DNA of 64,000 nt from Podarcis tiliguerta (lineage: Eukaryota): NCBI GenBank assembly GCA_965153285.1, contig OZ229110.1. The stretch is one strand, 5' to 3'. Both the position numbers and the translations under genes were made by a program. Under the pieces are notes generated by a model, which was not told where the DNA came from, ran no database searches, and saw nothing but the letters and a program-made list of their open reading frames with translations. This document shows, piece after piece, positions 1 through 11,100 of this stretch. The first letter of the stretch is position 1, and each line of letters opens with the position of its first letter.

Positions 1-31
1 TCAGATGGAGACTAGAAACCCGATAATAACT

Positions 32-90
32 TTTCTCTCTCACCTACCCTTTCTCTCTCACCTACCCTTTCTCTCTCACCTACCCTTTCT
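32..90. repeat. 18-bp tandem repeat (TTTCTCTCTCACCTACCC) x3.3
   Basis: Three exact copies at 32, 50 and 68. Confidence 0.9.
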
Positions 91-1793
91 TTAAATTCAA
101 ATTCTCCATATCTCTCACTTTAGTTTTTATTTATGCTTTATTTTGAAGACTGGTGAACTAGTGAAAATGGGCTTCCAATCAGTCTAGCTACTGGTCGCCG
201 CTACAAAACTGTGGAGTAGGAAAGAAGGGGAAATTAAACAAAGGCCCCTCTTGCAGTAGTCTATCGTTTCACCCATAAATCCCTCCAAGGAGGGATTTAT
301 GGGTCACCTCCATAAGGAGGTGACGGCACCTACCAATTACAGGGAGAAGGTAGGAAGATGGGGCCGAGACCCCAACTTCCAACAAACGTAAGAAGTTTGT
401 GTGCCTTCTGAAAACAGGACAGATTTTCCTTTATCAGCAAGCTTGCTGAAATGACTGATAGTCCTCCTCTACTAAACAAATTGTTCTAGTACATAGGAGG
501 TCCTTTCCCTGGGATTGAGAACATTTATTTCCTATGGGTTTGGTTTTCGTTTTGCAGGAAAATTGTACTACACAGCAGAAAATGTAGGGCGGTTTCCCCC
601 ACCTGTCTGTTGCAAGGAGGCTATTGCTAGCTTTGGAAAAAGAAATATACAAGCTGAGCACTCTCCATACTGCCTTCTGAACCTGGTGGGCCCTGATTCA
701 TGGCAAGCCCTTCCAAGTATTCAGCCTACCACTGCAGAAACAGACTGAAGATGCTGGGAAGTGGCCTATCAGTAAATGCAGCCTTAGCAAGAAGGAAAAA
801 CAGACCGTGCCAGTAAGTAACCGAGGAGGTAGGCAGCACAAGCACTTTGCGCTCCATCTGCTGCTTTATGGGTGGAGAGAGTTGATGAAGCACTCGATTA
901 CTTACTTCTTGGATGCCTTGCATAGGGCAACCATTCTGATTTATTTGACCCAGGCATCGGCTCAGGCCTTTATGTTTCATTTGCTGGGAACTCAGTTCTG
1001 CAGACACCAACCAATTTGCTGAGGCCTTTGGCCCTGGTTGCCAGCACCTCCGCAACCGGTAGTTTGTTCAGTGAAGCCCTGCAGCACACACTAGCTGTTA
1101 TCCAGACAGTCTGCAAGCTGTGGAGCTGCATATCCTCAAGGGCAGGGCAGGAAATTAAGCAGGCTGGCAGAGAAGACCAGCAGCCACAGCCCCTGGCAGA
1201 CCAGGCTCCAGCTGAGCAGCATATGGACCACTGGAAATAAGCCAAGGAAAAAAGCATACCCAAGAGCATTCTTGGCTTGCTGCCTGAGCTGGCCCAAGGG
1301 ATGCTCAGTTCCCTGCCAACCACAGCACCAAACTGCATATGTTTTCACTGTGAAAGACGGGGTGGGGTGGGGAATAAGCCTGGCTGTATAGCCAGAAAAG
1401 GGTAATGGGTTTGTGCAAAGAGCAGCAATAGCTTATTGTGAGTCTGGAAGCGGCTTTTCAGTGATGACTCTGGATTATGTGCCAGATAATAACATTAAGA
1501 TAATGGTTTGGAGCACATATCCTCACAGGGTTAATTCCAATGATCCAATCCCACCCTTTGCATCTGAGAATGGGGTGCATGTGTGCGTGTGCACAAGGGG
1601 AAACATTTCCAGGCTGGTTTGAATGCTAATCTTTGTCTCACCTCAGAAACAAAGCACTGGCAGCCTCTGCAAAACTCTCTGCCTTCCATCCCAGCTGGCC
1701 AGAAAGCAAGAGACCTTACTCCTCCTGCGGGGCACGTCCCCAATATTCAAGAGAACAGACCAAATTAGCCCAAAAGCACTGCCGGCTCCCGGC

Positions 1794-1799
1794 TTTATT
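1794..1799 (-). terminator. Likely PEX16 polyadenylation signal (AATAAA on minus strand)
   Basis: First minus-strand AATAAA seen after the stop codon, ~360 nt downstream. Confidence 0.6.
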
Positions 1800-2161
1800 C
1801 ATTCATAGCCATAGAAAATACATACCAAAAAAAAGGGTCCCCCTCCACAGCCCCCATGAGATCCAAAACCATAATTCAGAATGGAGAGAGGAGTAGCATA
1901 GGAACTTTAAGACCTACTCTTTGTAGCATTCTTAGTTCACAGGGAGATACATAAAAAAAAAAAGATGTCAGAAGAGCCCTTACTCTTCTCTCGGTAATCA
2001 TTAGCATAAGCCATAGAAAGACACATGTTGTGTTGCTGCTGCTGCTGCTGCTCTTTAAAGTCTCAAGGTTGCCTCCCGCTGTATAAAGTCATCCTACCAC
2101 CACAAGCTTCTGCTTTTAGCCTGAGCGCCCTCTGGCTGCAATAACCTGAGCTGAGGCCAAA

Positions 2162-2220
2162 TCAACCCCAGTTGTAGAAATAAATTTTCTGCCAGGCTGG
2201 CAAGTAGTCCATCAGTGGCC
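2162..2220 (-). CDS. PEX16: PEX16 exon 11, last coding exon
   Basis: [19 protein letters not shown] then TGA at 2164-2162. Confidence 0.96.
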
Positions 2221-5121
2221 CTGAAATGAAGAAGGGAGAAAAATGTGAAAATGAACTGGAAGACCTTAAAGCAACATGTGAGAAATTAACTTGCCAATTT
2301 TTGCTTCCACAACTGCCCCTTCCCAGCCAACATCCTAAGTTCTGAAATCACAGATGGGGCATATGAAAGAAAGGATGTGGAGGGCTATTCATAGGGCAAG
2401 AAAAGAGATTCATATATCTAAAGGAAGGACTGATATGAAATATATCTCAGGAAGGGGTCCTGTGCAGAGACCCCCTTTGTCTTGACATAAAAGATGTTTT
2501 GGAGAAGGAAAACCGACCAGTAATAATAACTGCTATTCCTGTGTTGCTCAACAGTCTAGATTCTGCACAGAATCCCCACTGTCAACTCCTAAAAGTTGCT
2601 ATTTATTCAGACAATTTGTAAGCCATGCCTGCATCCAAAACATGTACATTTTTTAAAAGCAAGTATCAAAACAGTGAGCAGCATTCAATGTAGCACTGAG
2701 ATGCTTTGGTCAGACAAGCAGAATTGCTTACACTGAAGGAACAATCTTGTCTTCCTCCCACCACATGCTGCTCTGATGGTTCCCTGACTGCCCCCCCCCC
2801 CAACACTGTACTAATACTAGGAGGAGATTTTAAAGAAATATTAGATCCCAAGCTAGATATAAACAGGGAAGGAAACAATCACCAAATATATGGAGGATTG
2901 ATGTATCCTACTAAAAGAGCATATACATTTTATTCAAATGTGCACCAGCATCTTTTTAAGCTGTGGAGATACGTATGTGACAATAGCAGACAATGGCAGC
3001 AAAGCATTTTTAGTAGCCACACCTAAAGTCTTTGAAGAGACATTTCAGCTTCACAGATCCTAGTGCCAACTTTTCAAATGTGGAGATTTGGAGCCCTGCT
3101 GCTATCCTTGAATACCCCTCATCTAAGCACGTGCCGAGTAGAAAGCCCCTTGAACAGGTTATCCCAAAACCAATGGAGGATTCTCCCCTACGGTCTCCTT
3201 AACCTTTATCAGCTTCCTTTAAAAAGACCAATCACAGCAGTCAGCTACTTACGAGTGACTAAGCCAACTCCAGGGACGTAATCTGCCAGCAGGCGCAGCA
3301 GAAAGAGGATCCTGCCCCTGAAGGAACAGAGAGAGAGAGAGAAAGAGAAAAAACACCTCAGATGAGCCCATGAGAATGCCTTCCTTCCCAATGGGAATGG
3401 GACTCCTGGAATAGAGCTTACAGACAAAACCCATTTGGGTGCTGAATGCTCACAAGCATTATAGAAATCCAGAGGTCTCTTTATGGGGGTGGGGATTTTA
3501 ATACGGTTGAAAAGAAGCCAGCCAGGCAGCCTTACTCAGAGTATCTATCATAGAAAGGCGATCTCAGCAGGTAGTACAGCAGCAGGAGAGTCCGACGCCT
3601 CAGCTCCACACGCTCGCGCTTGTTGAGATCTTTCATGTCACTCAGTAAACTCAAACTGCAGAAGGGAAAGCAGAGAAATCACAAGGCGCTGGATATGTGT
3701 GTGTGGAGTGCCAAGCTATTCTCCCAATCGTTTTTTTAAATGATTCTCTGAATCATTTTTTTAAAAAACAGGAGTGCAACTAGGCCTCAAGCCTGCCTGA
3801 GAATAGTACTTGTTGACCTGAACGATATTCCTCCTAATCTAAGTGGTGAGGAATTTGACAAACACACACTCCCTCCCTCTGTTTCTCACTCTCCCCTTCC
3901 CACTTTTATGTTCCAAAGTTGAGTCCTGCTGTTGAAAATGAGCTCCAGAGGCGCACCCTGGTTCAAAGGAAGCCTGGTACCATCTCTCAGAGAGCAGGGC
4001 CTGTAAGACAGAGTTGTTCCGCCTGGCCTTTGGCTTGGAATCAGCCTGATCCCCTCCCCCTCTTTCCTTTTCCTTCTGTGATGGAACCCCTAACTGGGGA
4101 CTTCCCTGGCTTTTGGCTTTTTTCTGTCCCACGTGGGACCAGTCTAGATAGTTGGCCTTGGTGAAGATTTGACGTTTTCTCCCCCAAAACAGTTTTTGAT
4201 CTGGGCTTCCACTGAAATGAGGCTGCATTTTAAGTTGTATTTTAATCAATTGTTTTTATACTTGATGTTAGCCGCCCTGAGCCTGGTCTTGGCTGGGGAG
4301 GGCGGGGTATAAATAAAATTAAGCAAACAAGCAAACGGGACGGGAGGACAACCCAGTAGCCTCTGCCATGAAAGATAAAGCCCTCCTTTTCCTGCCAGCT
4401 TCTCACAGTGGGGCTGCTTCTCCCCTTGAAGCTGCAGAGAGGCACACCACTAGTGGAGTAAAAACAACCAGGTAATCATCATGTTACAAAAAAATTAAGG
4501 TGAAAGAAAATGGATCCAGGACGCTGAAGTGCTTTTCTCCCAACTGACCTTGAGATATCCAAGATTGCTGAAAGGAGCCAGGGTCTCCAAGATCTCTGTC
4601 CCCATAAGCCTACGCTCACCACTATGTGCAAGAGTTAAGGAACTGAACAGACAACAGGCAAAAAACTATAGAAGCAGAAAGGCCCAAGCGGGCTGCAGTA
4701 GCAAAAATTAAAGCAGCATCAGAATAAGAGGGGACGTTAATTGGAGCAGATCTTCAGGCCCATTGACTGAAGCAAAGCCTCCAAGAGTTTGCCCAGGAGT
4801 CAAGACCCGCTCAGCATTAAGGGCCATGCTGCTCCACACTGGGGCTGCAGCTCTCTCTGGTGGCGTACAGGATACACTGCAGGGAGGATACAGTGGAGCA
4901 ACGGGCGGGTAATGTAGATGGACTCAGCAACTGTTTCCTGGGTGCTCAAAGGGGTTGGCAGCTGGTCTGTCTCCATTGCTCTTCGGTTCTGCTTCTCCTC
5001 CCTTTGCTGAGGCGCTCCCCAATGTCTGGAGTGCAGGGATGGGGCTAAAATTAAAAAGGAAGAAAGAAAAAGACTCAGCTTTTCATGGATATCATACTTT
5101 GGATGAGTAGTAGTAGTAGTA

Positions 5122-5168
<47 letters not shown>

Positions 5169-8100
5169 TATACCCTGCCCATCTGGCTGGGTTTCCCCAG
5201 CCACTCTGGGCAGCTTCCAACAAAATATTAAAATACAGTGGTCTGTTAAACATTAAAAGCTTCCCTAAACAGGGCTGCCTTCAGCCACCAGCAGAATGTC
5301 TGCACTCTCTGTACTTGTGCATCAATTTATTTAATTTCTTTCCTAACCTTCCTCCCAAAGACCCCAGGGCAGCCAGCTATCAATCTGTTAAAACAATACA
5401 ATTTTTTTAAAAAGAAAATAATCTAACTATCTAAACCCTTTTTGTACCAGTATGTCGAAAACTGCTGCCGTTTATGGAGATGCCCTTGTGTGTCTGAGTA
5501 CATGTATACATGTGCACACTTTACATTTGCGACCTGGCAACACATGCAGAAACCTAGTTCTACCGTAGGTGTAACATGGGAGACAAACGAGAAAGATACT
5601 CACTGCTATCGAGAGATCTCACAACACGGCTACAGCGCTTCCCCACATATATCCGCTCCTTCCCTATTGAGTTTACCTCCATATCTGTCAGGAGACAGGT
5701 AAATAAGACCACAGTAAGGGCAGGGGGAAAGCCCTCCTCCACTCCAGTTCTTGGTTTGTTCAGGTTAGCACATTCATTGAAACAGAACAGCAGACTCACA
5801 GGCATGAGGATACATTAAGTCCGAGGAGAAATGTGACCCTCTGCAGACTGCTGACACTAAAGAAAAGCCTGGACAGGGCACCAGAAAATGCTCTTCAAAC
5901 TTTCTAACAGGGAGGAAGACTGCAAATCCCAGGCACATCATGCCACAAGCTAAAGCCTAAAAACAGGGATAGCCAATGAGATGCCCTCTAGATGTTTTTG
6001 GGCTATAATCGCTCATCATCCCTGACCAATGGGCTATGCTGGCTGGGGCTGATGTGAGTCCAGCAATAGCTAAAAGGCCGCAGGGAGTTCAACAGTCTGC
6101 AAAAACCGAGATGAACAGCTGGTGAAATGACAAAGATTTTCTGCTGCTCAGGTTACACAAAGCCTTCCTTTTCTCAAACCTAGTCAATCGGTTGGCCGGC
6201 ATTCAAAGCTTCCTTCCTGACTAAAGCCAAAGTCGTTGCAATCCACCCTGCACTTGACTCACCTTTCTGCTGCAATGACTGCCTTCTGTCTAGAGGCACA
6301 ATAGGAGGAGATGTCTGGATGCCAGTTTTGTACCACAGCAAGAGCAGGAGGCGCAAGATGGCCCTGTGGGTTAGAGCAAATCAAGGGCTATAAAGCCAGG
6401 CACACACTAGACGCTTCACCACCAAGATGGTAAAAAGATACAGCTCTCCAATTTGCCATCACAGGACCATTCACACAACCTTGCATTTGCAACCCTGTTC
6501 AGTGATGTGTGTACAGTGAGGTTCCCGTCAGGTTGCTGCTGTTACCAGAAGTTCCAGCTGCAATCACGGGAGGAGAAGGAAGAGTTAAAACAGCAATCAA
6601 GTGAGGGATGCAGCTGGGGAACTGTAACTGAAGGAATCCCAAAGGCATACAGCTCCTTGGGCAGGCCCAGTTGGAACAAGGTGCTATCTGAGTACAATGA
6701 CCCAATCCAGTCCCATGATGGAACAATGCAACTAGGGAACATTGTAAAACTAGAACAGTGCTCTCAGTGTCATGCAGAAAGTGCCCAACCTAGAGTACAG
6801 TGGTACCTCTGGTTACAAACTTAATTCGTTCCAGAGGTTTTCTTATCCTGAGGCGCACTTTCGCTAATGGGGCCTCCTGCTGCCCATGCGCCAAAGGTGC
6901 ATGATTTCTTGGGGATCCTTGGGCAAAGTTCACAACCAGGAGCAGCTACTTCTGGGTTAGCGGAGCTCGTAACCTGAAGTGTTCATAACCAGAGGTACCA
7001 CTTTATTGTGGCACATTAACCCTAACTATCAAGGTTCCAACAAGAGTCTCTTTCCCCCGCTTCCCACCAAAGGATTCACATTTACACTCTTCGGATTCAC
7101 AAGGTGCAATAGTTCCTCTCTGTTGAACACTCACTTGGCCAGCTGGATGAGGACAATGATGGCCCAGCGGCCAGTCTCGCCCCACACCTTGGCAGCCCCC
7201 ATCTCGGCAAAGACCTCCACGCATTCGATGACACTCAGCCATGTCAACAGTTTCTGCTGGGGAAGTGCCTGAAAAGCAAGAGGCAAGTGAGAGGCAACAT
7301 GATGCGACTGGCTTCAAGGCATAGCCAAAGTTCTCCTCTTAAACCACAGCAAGGTGATTCTGCAGGGGGCTGAGAGGGGGAATGGGTTAAGAGTCCCTCA
7401 TACAAAGGAAAGTAAGGGACCCGGCTGGATTCCAGTGGCCCTACCAGCTTTAAATACCCTCACACAGGTTCATCAATCAGCCAACAACATAGATCTGTGT
7501 GCCAGAGTTGTGTTTGGCTGCAGGTAGAGAGGTTAGCTGAACTCAAGCTTTCCTGACAAGTAAGTTGGCCAAAAGTCTCTTGGGACACATGGTGGGGGTA
7601 AGTAACAGAGGATGGCTACCTTTCTCATTCCCTGCTTGCAGATCTCTGCTAAGAAGTCACTGTCGTATTTACAACATTGGATCAAATCAGCCTTCACCAA
7701 TCTGGGGCATGTCATGTGCTGACTAGGGCTGGTGTAAAACATCCGGAGAGCCTCAGGTTGGCAACGGCTGGATTAGCTGGATCTTTAATCAGCAACGTAT
7801 TTCTCATGACCATAAGAAGCGGAACAGTAAGAGCCATTTATGTTGGGAGAAGAGTTCTGCATTCAGTGTTAATAATGCCTTTCTGCAAACTGCCTACATT
7901 TACTTAGGCTGCAATCTTAAAGACGACTAGGGAGTAAGCTCTCTTGAACACAGCAGAACCCGTGATGTGGATTTTTCAAAAAAATTCAAGATGGGAAAAA
8001 CATATACAAATTAATGTAATTTGCATAAAAAATAGTTGGCACTGGAAAAATTTCTCATGCCCTAGAGAGCGATCTAATTTAGCGTGTTTATTCTACTTGT

Positions 8101-11100
8101 GCTTAGTAAACAAAACACATTGAAACTGCCAAGTTTGCCTTATACTATATTTGTAATTGGCATCCATTTAATCATTAATAATGAGTTTATGGAAATAGAA
8201 AGCTTTCCACAGAAAAATGAAGGACTGGAAAAAAATTCCATCCCACAATACTGAGCGGGACTGCTTGGTGAGTCAAAATGCTCAGGACTACACAACTGAG
8301 CTACACAAATTCTTATAATCACAGGGGTATAAATGATAAAATTATTAATCATCATCATCATTTATTTTGTCAGTCCCCTGATGACTGAGCAACCTGCTCC
8401 CTTTGTCTCCAAACTTTCAATGCTACCCCATGTCCTCAAACTTTCCTTTAAACTCAGCAGGGCCTGATGCTTTCTGTTCTACCACCACAACTGAAATGGA
8501 AGAAGATCGTAAAGAATATATTGATTTCAGTGAAAGATCAATTGGGCTCCTTCACCCGCACCCCCACCCCAATCCTCAAAGGGAATTACATAGAGGCCAG
8601 AGTTCATGTGGTGCACACCAGGTAAAGAAAGAGTTGGATTTTGAATGGCTCAAGAAACTGGTGTCACTCACAGTATAAGCCAGCAGTATTCCTGGAGGCC
8701 ACTGTAACTTTCATCAACCTTCCAGAATGTTGTGGCGCAAGCAGACAAGGGCTGGCAGATGCCCAAGATTCAACCAGATAGCAGCAACTTCAGAATCTAT
8801 TGCCAACAGGATAAAATCCAGGAGCGACATTCTAGTCCTTGGCATGGGAGACAGGGATCGTACCCCACCTGCCTCTTCTCTTGCATAGAAAGGATTCTTA
8901 CCACAGAAAGAGGGGGCTGCAGCTCTTTCCGAAGGATCCAGTCATTCAACAGCACCAGCAAATTGGAGGCAGAATAAACTGAGAAAGGAAAAGGTAGAAA
9001 AGGCACAGGAAGAATTACTGCTTATAACCAGGAAAAGAAAAAGGCCACTGATTAGAAGAGGACACTGATTTAATCAAACAACCTTTTTTTTGAAGGAGAG
9101 GCATCATGAAGGTAAAGTGAGCATTGCCATCTCTGGGCAGATCTTCACAATTATGCAACTTTCTCAGTTGCACATAGGTAGCCAAGTGCCTTGGCTCTCT
9201 TCCATAATCTGGTGCAATGAGTGTGTGTGGTAAACAGGTCCGTTCATTCTTGCCCTTGGCATGATGCTATCAGATGGTATATCTTTATCACCATAAATGC
9301 TATTTCAGAATGGATGTTTGCTTATAGTCTTCATAATACCTTTGACCTGAGCTAGGCTGCTAGCACCTGGCAAATATTCTGGCCTTATTGAAGCAGGATG
9401 GCTGTTGCAAGAAAGAATGAGCAGAAGCAAATCAGATACAAAACAGACAGTAATTTGCTTGTTTTTAATTAGATATAAATGGCTTAGACCTACAGGATCT
9501 GAACATCAATTTAATGGAGTGAAACTAGCCATTTGCTGGCAGTTGCCTAGGGTATCAGAAAACATTCACCATTACCATTTATTTATTTAATGTATTTATA
9601 CACTGACTTGAGAGTGAACTGAAACCCAACAAGATGAAAGCACTGTTGGTAGACAGTTATTGTGTCTGGGAGTTGCAGAGAAAACCTCTTCTAGCTGAAG
9701 TCACAGAGATGATTGGTAGTTTGTGAGTACTCCTTGTTCCAACTGCTTGAGCCCCAGAGTTCTGGATGAGTCACCAAGTGTCCCCCTTCCTGGATTAGGA
9801 TAGCTTGGGCACAGCGAACTCAAGAACAAATTGTTGTAATGCACTCTACTTGGGGATCCCATTGAAAATGGCCTGAAAATTGCAGCGTGTGCAGAATGCC
9901 ACCACTGGATTATTGAACATTACAGCAAGGTGAGATTATATCTAGCCTTTGGGAACTATGCTGGCTGCCTCTGGTACCACACCCAATTTGTAATGTTAGC
10001 CTGTAAGGCCCTAGATGACTTAAGACCAAAATACTTAAAGGACCACCTCCTCTTTTTGAGTTTAGAGGTTCTACTATATTGTACACTGTCCTGAAATCCT
10101 TCTGGATGAAGAGCAGTCTAGAAAGACTATTAACTAACTCTTTCAAGATGGCTTACATTAAAACACAAAATTACAATAAAATAAGGATGAATTACTGGGA
10201 AACTAGTAACTAATAAATGTCCACCGAGCATTACTAAAATGTCATCAAAACCAGCAGCAACAACGGTATGATAATTTTTAAAACCCTCAAGTGAAAAAAG
10301 TGAGCCTTCAGATCATTCTGAAAGGTCTATAGTGTGGCAGTGTAATGGAGCAATGAATTTTAAACCCTGGGGTCGCTACAGTGAACACCCTCTGCTTCAT
10401 AACTGTGTGTGCGCCTCCCTGCCCACATTATTATCATTTCCTTTTGGGTCAATAGGCTTTCATAAGAAAAATGGTTTCTTTTTCCCCCAGTCCAAGCTCA
10501 TTTACTCTGCACCAAAACTTTCAGCAACCACTGGGAAATATTGGCTATGCATTAAATCTTTCTCCTTAAGACAAGGCCTCCTTCAGGTCATCTTCTCCCA
10601 ACAAAGCATGACATTATTTGCAAAACATAGCATAGGTCTGGGACCCCACAGCCAATCTCCAGCTCTACTTACCCAGCTCAGACAGTTCATGAGAGTCAGA
10701 AAACCGACCTGGAAAATAAACATAAGGAAGACATGAGCCAATATTCCACACTCTTTTGAAAACAGTCCAAACAGGTCTTCTGAGGGAAAGGCTTTGATGC
10801 AATTCTTACACAAATATGCTACCATGTTGCTCAATCAGCCTGGAGATTAAAATTTCCCACAGAAGCCTACATCTACTCTGCATCTTCTTAACCAATACAG
10901 AGCTGCACTGCAGTTTCATCAACAAGAGGAGACACGTCCTATAGGTAAATGACAGATGACAATTCTCCAATTTGAGTCTTTTTGCCATAGCATTGTAGGA
11001 ATGTAATCCCAGATTTTCCTTTATATTTGACAGACACTGGGGCCACTGTAAATTATGGTTTAAACAATATAGTCATAATCAGGTTAAAAATACTGTTTTT

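Noticed and set aside
32-90. Direct repeats resembling a CRISPR-like array
   Set aside because: Spacerless tandem repeat in eukaryotic DNA; no prokaryotic features anywhere in the window.
434-449. Perfect 16-bp palindrome TCAGCAAGCTTGCTGA
   Set aside because: 8-bp arms are expected about once per 64 kb by chance.
400-1800. Searched for FREY1/C11orf94, the human neighbour downstream of PEX16; a hydrophobic MLLSWSLVCQGLWLLVFSASLL stretch exists near 1222-1136 (-)
   Set aside because: It ends in a stop without a good donor, and I saw no GLVDDYG or EYYY-type motifs; the call cannot be supported.
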